Positions 26,026 through 34,950 of a stretch of DNA of 34,950 nucleotides are shown here, one piece after another. The notes beneath the pieces are model-generated. The model did not search any database, was not told the DNA's origin, and was given only the letters and a program-made list of their open reading frames with translations. Each line of letters opens with the position of its first letter. Position 1 is the first letter of the stretch. Made by a program: the position numbers and the translations under genes. Source of the DNA: Armatimonadota bacterium (lineage in GTDB: Bacteria > Sysuimicrobiota > Sysuimicrobiia > Sysuimicrobiales > Humicultoraceae); assembly GCA_052386995.1 (NCBI GenBank), contig JBQTJP010000196.1, forward strand, positions 1-34,950, written 5' to 3'.

Positions 26026-26889
26026 TCACCTGGAGCCGCCGGCAGGCCGTATTGCGTGCACTGCGCACCATCCGTGAAGTCGCTCGCTTGCTGCCACGCG
26101 CAACGCGGCCTTCGTGAGCTGGCGTCGGAGCTCTCGCACGCGCGCGGTGCCGAACCCCGCGGCAATGAACCGCCCGCCGGGGACGAGCGAGCGGCGCACA
26201 TCCGCCAGGAGTGGCGGCAACGTATCGGCCGTCAGGTTCGCCGCGATCAGGTCGGCACGTGTTCGCACCCGGGCGAGCCCCTGGCCGCGCCGCACGCTCA
26301 CCCGGTGCGCGACGCGGTTGGCCCGGACGTTCGCGGAGGCGACGTCGACGGCCACGGGGTCGTTATCAATGGCCAGCACCCGCGCCGCGCCGAGCCGCGC
26401 GGCCGCGATGGCAAGAATCCCCGATCCGGTGCCGACGTCGATCACGGTCCCCCCGGCGCGCATGTGGCGCTCGATCGCGCGAAGGCACAATCGTGTCGAG
26501 GGATGCTCGCCGCTGCCGAACGCCATGCCCGCGTCGAGCCGGATCACGGCACGACCCGGTGCGTCATCTTTCATCCAGCTGGGCTGTATGAGGAGACGTC
26601 CGATGCGAATGCGGCGTGCCGCAGCCTTCCATGCGTTGACCCATGTGGTGTCCTGCACGACGCGGGTGCGCACCGAGGCGCTGGGAGCGGCAGGGGTAAG
26701 CAGGCGCCGCAGGCCCCGGATGGCCGCACGGCTCCACGGGGTGGCCGGCACGTAGGCACGAAGCACCCGACGCCGTCCCCCACCATCGGAGCTTTCCCAC
26801 AGACCCTGCGGCGCGAGCCCGAGGATCTGATCGGCGGCCGGCTCCATCTGCGAGGACGCCACCCGCACGGACACTTCAATCCACTTCAC
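26026..26889 (-). CDS. prmA: Ribosomal protein L11 methyltransferase
   Basis: MKWIEV, GMAFGSGEHPSTRLC, VIDVGTGSGILAIAA, IDNDPVAV; follows dnaJ. Confidence 0.93.
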   Translation of the reverse strand: MKWIEVSVRVASSQMEPAADQILGLAPQGLWESSDGGGRRRVLRAYVPATPWSRAAIRGLRRLLTPAAPSASVRTRVVQDTTWVNAWKAAARRIRIGRLLIQPSWMKDDAPGRAVIRLDAGMAFGSGEHPSTRLCLRAIERHMRAGGTVIDVGTGSGILAIAAARLGAARVLAIDNDPVAVDVASANVRANRVAHRVSVRRGQGLARVRTRADLIAANLTADTLPPLLADVRRSLVPGGRFIAAGFGTARVRELRRQLTKAALRVAASERLHGWCAVHAIRPAGGSR

Positions 26890-26921
26890 CGACGGTGCGC
26901 CTCCACAGGCGCCGATGGTCG

Positions 26922-28028
26922 TTACTGCAGGAGGTTCTTGACGCTCTTGAGCACCGAGCCGCGTTTCTTCGGTCGGCGCTCTCCGGACGTACGCCCGAAC
27001 TCCTCGAGGAGCGCCCGCTGTTCGGCGGAGAGCCGCCGAGGCACGGCGACGCGGACGGTGACGTGGAGATCGCCGCGGCCCCGGTGAAGCTCGGGCAGCC
27101 CCCGGCCTCGGATGGTCAGCGTCGTGCCAGGCTGCGTTCCCGGCGGCACCGTCAGGACGGCTTCCCCATCGAGCGCCGCGAGGCGAATCTCATCGCCGAG
27201 CGCCGCCTGCACCATCGTGATCTCGGCCTCACGGATGAGGTCGCGGCCCCGTCGCCTGAAAGTGTCATGCCGCGCAATGTGGATCACGACGAAGAGATCG
27301 CCGCGGCTGCCCCCGCGCGATCCCGCCTCGCCTTCGCCGCTCAGGCGAAGGTGCATGCCCTCTTCGACCCCGGCGGGCACGGAGACCGTGATTTCCCGGC
27401 GCGCCTCGGTTTGGCCCGAGCCCCGGCAGCTGCCGCACGGCTTGGCGATGAAGGTGCCGGTGCCGCGGCATTGCGGACAGGTGCCGATCTGCGTGAAATG
27501 CCCGAACACCGTGCGCGCGGCGTGGCGGACCTCCCCGGTGCCGTCGCACGAGGGACACCGCTCTGGTTTCGAGCCACGCTCCGCCCCCGTCCCAAAGCAC
27601 GACGCGCAGGTTTCGAGGCGCTCCAGGCTGATGGGCTTCTCAACGCCGGTGGATACTTCTTCGAGCGTGATCTCCAGATCGTAGCGTAGATCCGCGCCTC
27701 GGGCCGGCGCTTCGCGTTCGGCCGTCCGAACGCCGCCGCGCCCGCCGAAGAACAGGTCGAACAGGTCGCCAAACGGACTGGCATCGCGTCCGAACGATCC
27801 CAGATCACCGCCGACCTCGCCATAGCGGTCGTAGTGCGTGCGCTGTGCGGGGTCGCTGAGGACCGCGTAGGCTTCGTTGATCTCCTTGAACCGGTCGGTG
27901 GCGTGCGGATCATCCCGGCGCACATCCGGGTGGGCCTCGCGCGCCAACCGGCGGTAGGCCTGCTTGATATCCTCCTGGGACGCCCGGCGATCCACGCCGA
28001 GGATGCTATAGAGATCGCGTGAGGCCAT
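26922..28028 (-). CDS. dnaJ: Chaperone DnaJ
   Basis: J-domain with HPD, G/F region, four CxxCxGxG Zn repeats, C-terminal domain. Confidence 0.97.
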   Translation of the reverse strand: MASRDLYSILGVDRRASQEDIKQAYRRLAREAHPDVRRDDPHATDRFKEINEAYAVLSDPAQRTHYDRYGEVGGDLGSFGRDASPFGDLFDLFFGGRGGVRTAEREAPARGADLRYDLEITLEEVSTGVEKPISLERLETCASCFGTGAERGSKPERCPSCDGTGEVRHAARTVFGHFTQIGTCPQCRGTGTFIAKPCGSCRGSGQTEARREITVSVPAGVEEGMHLRLSGEGEAGSRGGSRGDLFVVIHIARHDTFRRRGRDLIREAEITMVQAALGDEIRLAALDGEAVLTVPPGTQPGTTLTIRGRGLPELHRGRGDLHVTVRVAVPRRLSAEQRALLEEFGRTSGERRPKKRGSVLKSVKNLLQ

Positions 28029-28074
28029 CGTCTCTCATCGTCCTGTGGGAATGAATGAACACGCGGCCGCCGGG

Positions 28075-29106
28075 CTAGCCAAGCGCGTCGAGCGCCTCGC
28101 TCAGCCGGTCCGCCACATACCGCACCGCGGTCATGGCCTGGCGATACCGCATCCGGGTGGGACCAACAATGCCCACCGTCCCGGCCGCCTGATGGCCGGC
28201 CCGGTACGCCGCCATGACCAGGCTGCAGGCACGCAGCTCCTGGCGGCGGTTTTCCGCGCCGATGGAGATTCGTACCCCTTGCTCGGGCATCGCCGTCAAC
28301 GCATCGGCCAGGACGGATTCTTCCTCGAGCAGCTCCAACAGCCGCGTCGCCGCTTCGGGGGTTCGAAACTCCGGCTCGCGGAGGAGATGGCTCGCGCCTT
28401 CAACGCGGATCCTGGTGCGCGTGCCCCTGGCGCCCTCGCGCCGCAGCCAGGCCTCGACGTGATCGAGCAGCCGATGCTGCCACGACGCTTCACCGACGGC
28501 CTGCTCGAGCCGCTGATGAGTGAGATCGGCGATGCGGCAGCCCTGGAGGCTCTCCGTGATCGTCCGCGAGAGCTGCTCGAGCGCGTCGGGCTCCACTCCA
28601 TCGGGCAGCGTGATCATGCACCCCTGCAGTGCGCCGGCGTTGGTGGCGATCACGGCGAGCGCGCGGTCCGGCCCCAGCGGGACCAGGTGCAGTGAGCGAA
28701 ACGTCTGATCCCGAAGGCCGGGAGCGGCGACGACCGACGGGTAGTGCGTCACCGACGCGAGAATCCGGGCCGCCTGGTGCGGCGCGCCGGACGGCTCTGC
28801 GGCGGTGCCTTCCAGGCGACGGCGGATGGCCTGCCGGTCGGCCCCGGGAAGAGGCTCCGCCTGCGGAAGCATGTCCACGTACTGTCTGTATCCCGCGTCA
28901 GTGGGAACCCGGCCGGCGGACGTGTGCGGATGTCTGAGCAGCCCCATCTCTTCGAGCGCCGCCATCGTGCTGCGGATGGTGGCCGGGCTGACCTTGACCT
29001 GGTCGCGTACGACGGCGTGCTCGGACCCAACGGGTTCGGCCGAGCGGATGTACGCCTCGACCACCGCGTAGAGCACAGCTCGTTTCCGCTCGTCGAGCTG
29101 GACCAT
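28075..29106 (-). CDS. hrcA: Heat-inducible transcription repressor HrcA
   Basis: YIRSAEPVGS, SPATIR, PHTSAGRVPTDAGYR, GIVGPTRMRY; CIRCE upstream. Confidence 0.96.
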   Translation of the reverse strand: MVQLDERKRAVLYAVVEAYIRSAEPVGSEHAVVRDQVKVSPATIRSTMAALEEMGLLRHPHTSAGRVPTDAGYRQYVDMLPQAEPLPGADRQAIRRRLEGTAAEPSGAPHQAARILASVTHYPSVVAAPGLRDQTFRSLHLVPLGPDRALAVIATNAGALQGCMITLPDGVEPDALEQLSRTITESLQGCRIADLTHQRLEQAVGEASWQHRLLDHVEAWLRREGARGTRTRIRVEGASHLLREPEFRTPEAATRLLELLEEESVLADALTAMPEQGVRISIGAENRRQELRACSLVMAAYRAGHQAAGTVGIVGPTRMRYRQAMTAVRYVADRLSEALDALG

Positions 29107-29119
29107 GGTCTGTCGCCCC

Positions 29120-29146
29120 TTAGCACTCAGCCGGTGAGAGTGCTAA
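29120..29146. promoter_or_regulatory. CIRCE operator
   Basis: Perfect TTAGCACTC-N9-GAGTGCTAA, 13 nt upstream of the hrcA ATG. Confidence 0.97.
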
Positions 29147-29162
29147 AAAACAACTGCATCCC

Positions 29163-29192
29163 AGCGTAGCATCGCGGATTTTCGAGTGTCAA
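29163..29192 (-). promoter_or_regulatory. SigA promoter of the hrcA operon
   Basis: TTGACA (29192-29187, overlapping the murJ stop), 18 nt, TG-extended TACGCT (29168-29163), just upstream of CIRCE. Confidence 0.7.
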
Positions 29193-30781
29193 GGAACCTG
29201 TTGCGCTCCTCCAACCGGCGTGCGGCGGACGAGATCCCGCAGCAGGCGGACCTCATCCACGCGCAGTACCAGGCACGCCCCCAGATACAGGATGGCGGCC
29301 GAAGCCAGCCCGGCCCCCAGACGCGCCGCTTCCTGGAGGCTGCCTTGCCCCAAAGCCCCAATGCCCAGGCGCATGACCCACCAGGCCACTCCTACCGCCA
29401 GCGCGGTGGCCAGCCCGGTGCGCAGGGCCGCGCGGGCGATCCGTGCGCCGTCGATCGGCCCGAGCGTCCGATGCTGAATAGCCAGCAACAGGCCGACGTT
29501 GACGAACGCGACGATGGCCGACGCGAGCGCGATCCCCACGACGCCGAGCGTCCGCATCAACGCGTAGGCCAGGGCCGCGTTCAGCACGACCATCACCGCA
29601 CCGATGGCGACCGGCGTGCGCATGTTGTGCCGGGCGTAGAACGTCCGCGTGACAACATAGTACATGGCCATGGGCACCAGGCCCACGGCGTACGCCGCCA
29701 GGCAGGCCGCGACCGTGGACGTCGCCGCCGGCCCAAACTCTCCCCGCTGGAAGATCAGGCGAACGACGGGCTCGGCGAACGTGACCAGGGCCGCCGAGGT
29801 GGGGACCATCAGGAACAGCACGCTTCGCACGCCGAGCGACGTGGTCCGCCGCAGCGCCGCCTGGTCGCCCGCGGCCGCATCCTCGCTCATGCCGGGAAAC
29901 AGGACCGTCGCAACTGAGATCGCGAGGATGCCGATCGGGGCCTGCACGACCTCGTAGGCGTAATCCAGCGCGGCGACGGCGTTCACCCCCGGCGACGCCG
30001 CGAGCAGCGACGCAAAGAACCGACCGACGTACGAGTTGATCTCCAGAATGGCCAGTCCGAGCATCGCCGGCACGGCGAGCCTCCGGATCGTTTGCATCGC
30101 CGGATGGGACCAGTCCATCGCCAGACGGTACCGAAATCCCGCGGCGCGCAGCGCCGGCACCTGTGCGAGGAACTGCGCGGCGGTCCCTGCGACCCAGGCC
30201 ACGGCCAGCCCCGTGATGCCCATGCGCGGCCCCAGCCATAGGGTTCCCGCGATGATAGTCACGTTGAAGATCAGCGGCGCGACCGCGGGAGGCGTGAACT
30301 GCTTCAGCGCCTGGAGGTACGCCGTCGCGAACACCGAGAGCGCCAGAAAGAACATCGCCAGGAAGTTGATCCGCGTCAGAAAGATCGTGAGATCGAGTTG
30401 CGCCCGGTTGGCCACGAATCCGGGCGCGGCAAGCGGCACGAGCAGCGGCGCAATCACTTCTCCGACCACCACCATCCCGATTCCAACCGCGACGACCGCA
30501 GTGAACAGGTGCGTGGTCACGCGCCGCAGCTCGGCATCATCGCGGCGGGCGAGGACTTCCGCGAGTGTCGGGATCAACACGATGCTCAGCGTGCCGCCGA
30601 GGAGCAACCGCTGGAAGAAGAACGGAAGATAATATCCAATGACGTAGGCCGCTTTGGCGTCCGATGCCCCGAACAGGAAGGCGACGACGATCTCACGGCC
30701 GAGGCCGAGTGCGCGGCTCGCAATCGTGAGGATGGCGAGCAGGCTCGCGGTCCTGGCGAGGCGGTCGCCCGACGCCCTCAC
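29189..30781 (-). CDS. murJ: Lipid II flippase MurJ (MviN)
   Basis: SRALGLGRE, GTLSIVLIP, APLIFN, LFPGMS, IFQRGEF, FYARHNMRTP; many TM helices. Confidence 0.92.
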   Translation of the reverse strand: MRASGDRLARTASLLAILTIASRALGLGREIVVAFLFGASDAKAAYVIGYYLPFFFQRLLLGGTLSIVLIPTLAEVLARRDDAELRRVTTHLFTAVVAVGIGMVVVGEVIAPLLVPLAAPGFVANRAQLDLTIFLTRINFLAMFFLALSVFATAYLQALKQFTPPAVAPLIFNVTIIAGTLWLGPRMGITGLAVAWVAGTAAQFLAQVPALRAAGFRYRLAMDWSHPAMQTIRRLAVPAMLGLAILEINSYVGRFFASLLAASPGVNAVAALDYAYEVVQAPIGILAISVATVLFPGMSEDAAAGDQAALRRTTSLGVRSVLFLMVPTSAALVTFAEPVVRLIFQRGEFGPAATSTVAACLAAYAVGLVPMAMYYVVTRTFYARHNMRTPVAIGAVMVVLNAALAYALMRTLGVVGIALASAIVAFVNVGLLLAIQHRTLGPIDGARIARAALRTGLATALAVGVAWWVMRLGIGALGQGSLQEAARLGAGLASAAILYLGACLVLRVDEVRLLRDLVRRTPVGGAQQVP

Positions 30782-30789
30782 CGGCCGCC

Positions 30790-30818
30790 TTGTGAGGTCC
30801 CGCCCGGCGTGCTAGAAT
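30790..30818 (+). promoter_or_regulatory. SigA promoter of rpsT
   Basis: TTGTGA (30790-30795), 17 nt, TG-extended TAGAAT (30813-30818). Confidence 0.7.
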
Positions 30819-30867
30819 GCCGCGAGGTCGCCGCACCAGAAGCGTGCCGGCGAGGGGAGCCACGATC

Positions 30868-31116
30868 GTGGCGAAGCGCATCAAATCGGGTCTGAAGGAT
30901 CTCCGCCGGTCGGCAAGGCGGCGCGCGGCCAATGCTGGCATGAGATCCCGGCTCAAGACTTTGCTGCGCGGCGCGTCCTCCAGTCCCGATCTGCTCGGTG
31001 AAGCTCAGGCCGCGCTCGACAAAGCCGCCACGCGCGGAATCATCCACCCAAACGCCGCCGCTCGCCGTAAGTCCAGACTCATGCGCGCCGCCGCTCCCGC
31101 TCAGGGGCGGTCGTAG
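30868..31116 (+). CDS. rpsT: 30S ribosomal protein S20
   Basis: (M)AKRIKSGLK..N...RSRLKT..LDKAATRGIIHPNAAARRKSRL. SD GAGGGGAG; convergent with holA. Confidence 0.95.
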   Translation: MAKRIKSGLKDLRRSARRRAANAGMRSRLKTLLRGASSSPDLLGEAQAALDKAATRGIIHPNAAARRKSRLMRAAAPAQGRS

Positions 31117-31127
31117 GCGCGAGGGGC

Positions 31128-32114
31128 TCACCGCACCACCGCCGCACGCCGGTTCATCCCACAGAGCTGGACAATGAGCGTCTCGAGCACGAGGCGCGGG
31201 GCGCTGCCTGTCTTGATCAACCGGTCGGCGCTTTCCAGCGCGGCGAAGATCGCGGGGAATTGATCGGCGCGATACCCGCGCGCCTGCTCGGTGACTTTCC
31301 GGGCGACGAAGGGATGCACTCCGAGTTGTTCGGCAAGCGCCGCCGGGTCCCCACCTCCCCACGGCTTCGCCAGTGAGCGCGCGCGCAGGATGAGCCGGAA
31401 CTGCCGCGCGATCATGAAGAGCACCTGCAGCGGCTCGTGGGTCGCCAGATTGTCGTGCAGCGCCGGAAGCGCCCGGGCGACGTCGCCTCCGCCGACGGCA
31501 TCCGCGAGGGTGAAGATCGATGCCTCGCCGAGGCGGCTGGCGATCGCCTCGACGTCCGAGCGCGTGATCTGCTGGCGATCCCCGACGTAGGCCGCGAGTT
31601 TCTCGACCTCGTGATCGAGGTCGCGCAGACTCCCTCCCGCCAGCGCGACCAGGCTCTCTGCGGCGCCCGCGGCGGCGCGTTTGCCTTCCGTGGTGATCCG
31701 CTTGTGCACCCACGCCGGTAACTCGCGCGGCGGGATCGGCCGGCACTCAATGATCGTCCCCACACGCCTGAAGGTCTGGAAGAGACGCCGGCGCCTGTCC
31801 AACTCGCGCGCGACATACATTCCCACCGTTGGGCTGTCGCCGCGCTCCAGATACGCGATCAGCGCGTCCTGGTCGCCGTCCCGCATTGCCTCGAGGCGGC
31901 GGACGACGACCACGCGAGTGGGTCCGAAGAACGGGGCGGTATCCAACCTCGTCAGCAGCTCGCCGACCGGCGCCCCACCATCGAGCACATCCAGGTTGAG
32001 CGCGCGGTCTTCGGCAGGGACCGCCTGAGGGAGCGCCTGATCGATCAGGCGCGCGACCGCCTCCTCGGCCAGATAGTCTTCCTCCCCGACGATGAGCGTC
32101 GGAAGCCTAGCCAT
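31128..32114 (-). CDS. holA: DNA polymerase III delta subunit
   Basis: LIVGEEDYL, TAPFFGPTRVVVV, EVEKLAAY, IFTLADA, HPFVARK, DRLIKTG. Confidence 0.93.
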   Translation of the reverse strand: MARLPTLIVGEEDYLAEEAVARLIDQALPQAVPAEDRALNLDVLDGGAPVGELLTRLDTAPFFGPTRVVVVRRLEAMRDGDQDALIAYLERGDSPTVGMYVARELDRRRRLFQTFRRVGTIIECRPIPPRELPAWVHKRITTEGKRAAAGAAESLVALAGGSLRDLDHEVEKLAAYVGDRQQITRSDVEAIASRLGEASIFTLADAVGGGDVARALPALHDNLATHEPLQVLFMIARQFRLILRARSLAKPWGGGDPAALAEQLGVHPFVARKVTEQARGYRADQFPAIFAALESADRLIKTGSAPRLVLETLIVQLCGMNRRAAVVR

Positions 32115-32331
32115 GACGGTGCTCGCCCGAGCGCAGCCGTTCGATCAAGGCGGCAATCTCTTCGACCGACCCGGCGTCGGTCGGCGGATCCACCCGCGCG
32201 ATCGTGACCTCGACGATGTTCCCGGCTGCCAGGCCTGCCGGAAGGAGAGAGGCGTTGATGTACGCGCGGCCCCCGCCGTCGAGCAGCACGACGGCCACGC
32301 CGTCTTCCAGTCTGTCAACGAACCCGCGCAT
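32107..32331 (-). CDS. DUF3006 family protein
   Basis: MRGFVDRLEDGVAVVLL..LP..G motif; typical location after a ComEC/MBL gene. Confidence 0.8.
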   Translation of the reverse strand: MRGFVDRLEDGVAVVLLDGGGRAYINASLLPAGLAAGNIVEVTIARVDPPTDAGSVEEIAALIERLRSGEHRHG

Positions 32332-34774
32332 CAACACCGCCGCGCACGGTCGAGATGCGCAGCGTGGTCCCATCGCTGGTGATCCGCACGGCGCCGTGGC
32401 GGTCGGTGCGGTAGACGCTTGCCCCCGCTGCCGCCAGGACTTCGAGGGTCACCCGATGCGGATGACCGAAGGGGTTGTCGGCGCCGAGCGACATGACCGC
32501 GACCTTGGGCTGCACCCGCGCGACGAACTCCGGCGACGTTGAGGTCTTGCTCCCGTGGTGTCCGACCTTCAGCACCTGACTGGCGAGCGGGGCGCCGCGC
32601 TCCATGAGCAGGCGTTCAACCGGCGCCTCGGCATCGCCGGTCAGCAGCACCGAGGTCCGTCCGTACGTCAGGCGGGCGACGACGCTGTATGCGTGCACCG
32701 GGTCGCCCTCGAGATGGACGGGTGGATCCGCCGTCCCGGCGGGATGAAGAATGGCCAGCCGCGCGCCGGCTCCGAGATCCAGATCGAGCCCTGCGCTCGC
32801 CTGACGGTACGGGATCTTCCTGGCCTCGATCAGGCGGAGAAAGCGAAGGTACGAAGGAGCGGGATGCGGCACGCCGGGATCAAGCACCAATCCGACGCGG
32901 AAGTTCTCCACCACCGCGGGCAGTCCTCCAACGTGATCTTCGTGCGGATGCGACAGGATGACGGCGTCCAGCCTGCGGATGCCGGCGCGCCGCAGCGCCG
33001 GCACCACACGCATGCGTCCGATGTCCCAACCGGTTCGTTCGGCACCGATCTCGCCGCCGCCGTCGATCAGCGCGCTCCGGCCTGATGGGCTCTGAATGAG
33101 TATCGCGTCGCCCTGACCGACATCGAGCACGGTGATCGTGAGGACCGAGGGTGCGGCGCTCGCCGTTCCATACCAAAGTGCGATCGCGAAGAGGGCAACC
33201 GACGCTGCGCCCGCTCGTTGCCCACGCGAGGGCCGCCACGACCCCGCGGCGATCGCAGGCACCGCTGCGAGGAGTGCGTACAGTCCGACAACCATGACCG
33301 TGCCAACCGGCGGCGTGGGAAGCGTTGCCCATGACAGGTCGCCGAAGCGCGCGCCTATCCAGAGCAGCGCCTCGAGTCCGGGCCGAAGTACGCTCAGGAG
33401 CGGTCCGCCCAGGGCCGGCGCGGCGATCAGCAGCGGCATAAGGGCAAACCCCGCGGGCACGAGCACGGCAATGATGGGCAGGGCAAACAGATTGGCAACC
33501 AACCCCGCCAGGGGAATGGCCTGGAAGTGCGCCATGAGCAGAGGCGCGACGGCGGCCTGCGCGCCGAGGGTAACCCCGAGGGCCGCGGACAGCCTGGGGC
33601 CGAGCCGGGCACACTGCTGCTGCAGGGCGGGCGCGATAAAGAGCAGGCCCCACGTTGCAGCGAACGAGAGCTGAAAGCCGATGTCGGCGAGCACCGGCGG
33701 ATGCGCGACGAGCAGCAGGAGTCCCGCGGTCGCTAGCGTCGCGGCCCTGTCGCGGTCGCGCCCCACCAGTGTCCCGGCGACAGCAACGGCCGTCATGATG
33801 ACGGCGCGCCCGACCGACGGCGCCCACCCCACCATGGCCGCAAACGCGGCCATGCCGGCGCCGAGGACCACGGCAGAGGGCCAGACTGGAAGGCGAACTG
33901 CGCGCATGGCCGCGGCAAGCGCCCCCGCGACGATCGCTACCTGGGCGCCCGAAACCACCATCAGGTGCACGAGGCCGGCGCGCGAGAATTGTTGGTACAC
34001 CTCCGGCGCCAGATGCGCGTCGAGCCCGAGGAGCAGACTGAGCATCAGGCCGCCGTATGGCGCGGGCAGCGCCCGGAGAATAGCATCCACCGCGCGAGCC
34101 CGGGCCGCGCCAATGGCCCCACGCACGGACCACCCGCCCGGGCGGAGGACGGTGACACCGCCGGCCCGTCCGGTCGCGATCACGCCGACCAGACCGCGCC
34201 GCCGCAGCGCGTCGCGCTCGGCGCGCTCGCCGGGGTTGCCCGCGAGCCTCCCCGCGCGAAACCGTCCGCGGACCAGCACCTCATCGCCCACGTGCACGGC
34301 GGCGGCCCGACCGCGGCCGCTGAGGCGCACCAGTCCATCGATTGGTGGCAGCGGGCCCTCAATAGAATGACCCGGACCGCCCCGCGGTGCGCCGCGGGAC
34401 CGGCCGCGGAGCCGGGGTTCATACTCTTCAAAGGACGCGGCGCGCAGCCGAATCACCGCGCGCCACCCGTCGGCCGTGCCCTCAGGCGCCGCGTGGACGA
34501 TTCCCCGGGCCGTCACCACGCGCCCATCGACGGCTTCGGGCCATCGGGGCTCGTGCTCGGCATGGAGCGCAGCGTGCGCAAGCCCAAGGCCCAGGAAGCT
34601 CACCAAGGCAAGGACAGCGCTCAGCCAGTGCAGGCGCGTGAACAGGGAGCAGATCCACGCCGCGTACACCGCGCCGACCAGCCACCAGGCATCGGACGGG
34701 AGAGGCACATAGCCCGCCAGGGCGATGCCACCCGCAAACGCCACCGTGACCGCGACGATCGGCGGAATGCCCAT
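32315..34774 (-). CDS. comEC: DNA uptake channel ComEC/Rec2 (DUF4131-Competence-MBL)
   Basis: NPG, GLVHLMVVSG, GFQLSF, LDVGQGDAILI, SHPHEDHVGG, LLTGD, KVGHHGS, NPFGHP, YRTDRHG. Confidence 0.95.
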   Translation of the reverse strand: MGIPPIVAVTVAFAGGIALAGYVPLPSDAWWLVGAVYAAWICSLFTRLHWLSAVLALVSFLGLGLAHAALHAEHEPRWPEAVDGRVVTARGIVHAAPEGTADGWRAVIRLRAASFEEYEPRLRGRSRGAPRGGPGHSIEGPLPPIDGLVRLSGRGRAAAVHVGDEVLVRGRFRAGRLAGNPGERAERDALRRRGLVGVIATGRAGGVTVLRPGGWSVRGAIGAARARAVDAILRALPAPYGGLMLSLLLGLDAHLAPEVYQQFSRAGLVHLMVVSGAQVAIVAGALAAAMRAVRLPVWPSAVVLGAGMAAFAAMVGWAPSVGRAVIMTAVAVAGTLVGRDRDRAATLATAGLLLLVAHPPVLADIGFQLSFAATWGLLFIAPALQQQCARLGPRLSAALGVTLGAQAAVAPLLMAHFQAIPLAGLVANLFALPIIAVLVPAGFALMPLLIAAPALGGPLLSVLRPGLEALLWIGARFGDLSWATLPTPPVGTVMVVGLYALLAAVPAIAAGSWRPSRGQRAGAASVALFAIALWYGTASAAPSVLTITVLDVGQGDAILIQSPSGRSALIDGGGEIGAERTGWDIGRMRVVPALRRAGIRRLDAVILSHPHEDHVGGLPAVVENFRVGLVLDPGVPHPAPSYLRFLRLIEARKIPYRQASAGLDLDLGAGARLAILHPAGTADPPVHLEGDPVHAYSVVARLTYGRTSVLLTGDAEAPVERLLMERGAPLASQVLKVGHHGSKTSTSPEFVARVQPKVAVMSLGADNPFGHPHRVTLEVLAAAGASVYRTDRHGAVRITSDGTTLRISTVRGGVDARVR

Positions 34775-34790
34775 CCCCCGTCATTCATGG

Positions 34791-34817
34791 AGATCGGCAT
34801 CAACCGCGCGTCTTTAG
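34791..34817 (-). promoter_or_regulatory. Putative sigma28 (FliA/SigD/WhiG)-type promoter of comEC
   Basis: CTAAA(G), 14 nt, GCCGATCT in the thrS-comEC gap; resembles TAAA-N14-16-GCCGATAW. Confidence 0.5.
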
Positions 34818-34847
34818 GGGGGCGGGCTTGAGAAACGGCTTCCGCGG

Positions 34848-34950
34848 TCAGGCTTTCGCAGCGACTTCGTCCTGCAGCCGTGTCATGAACGCGTCGAGCG
34901 GCATCGGCCCCAGGTCACCGGCCGAGCGGCTGCGGACCGCGACGGCGCCC
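34848..34950 (-). CDS. thrS: Threonyl-tRNA synthetase, C-terminal fragment (partial)
   Basis: My translation GAVAVRSRSAGDLGPMPLDAFMTRLQDEVAAKA* matches the end of the ThrRS anticodon-binding domain; only 33 codons are visible. Confidence 0.8.
   Translation of the reverse strand, partial: GAVAVRSRSAGDLGPMPLDAFMTRLQDEVAAKA

Overview
A high-GC (roughly 70% by eye) bacterial chromosomal window, almost entirely minus-strand housekeeping genes in a Bacillota-like order. Read on the minus strand: thrS (3' end), comEC, DUF3006, holA, [rpsT on +], murJ, CIRCE-hrcA-dnaJ-prmA-rsmE, then a four-gene accessory block (+ strand membrane protein, orphan peptide ABC solute-binding protein, TIR-6TM protein, alpha/beta hydrolase). 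Next come argC-J-B-D-G-H-argR with tandem ARG boxes, pgpH-like 7TM-HD, ybeY, dgkA, a TAXI-TRAP system, CorC/CNNM, DUF502, cdd, two tandem mgtE genes and recO. The solute-binding proteins have cleavable signal peptides rather than lipoboxes, suggesting a diderm Terrabacteria lineage (Armatimonadota-like; inference only). No rRNA, tRNA, CRISPR array or transposase was seen. The most interesting signals are: (1) a lower-GC module of a membrane-anchored TIR protein plus a serine hydrolase that is in frame with the TIR stop and also has an apparently frameshifted N-terminal signal segment; (2) a sigma28 (FliA/SigD/WhiG)-like promoter directly upstream of comEC; (3) translationally coupled divergent MgtE paralogs, a possible heterodimer; (4) a leaderless, ARG-box-covered argC promoter; (5) an in-frame palindromic insertion in comEC. 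All family assignments come from motif recognition, not database searches.
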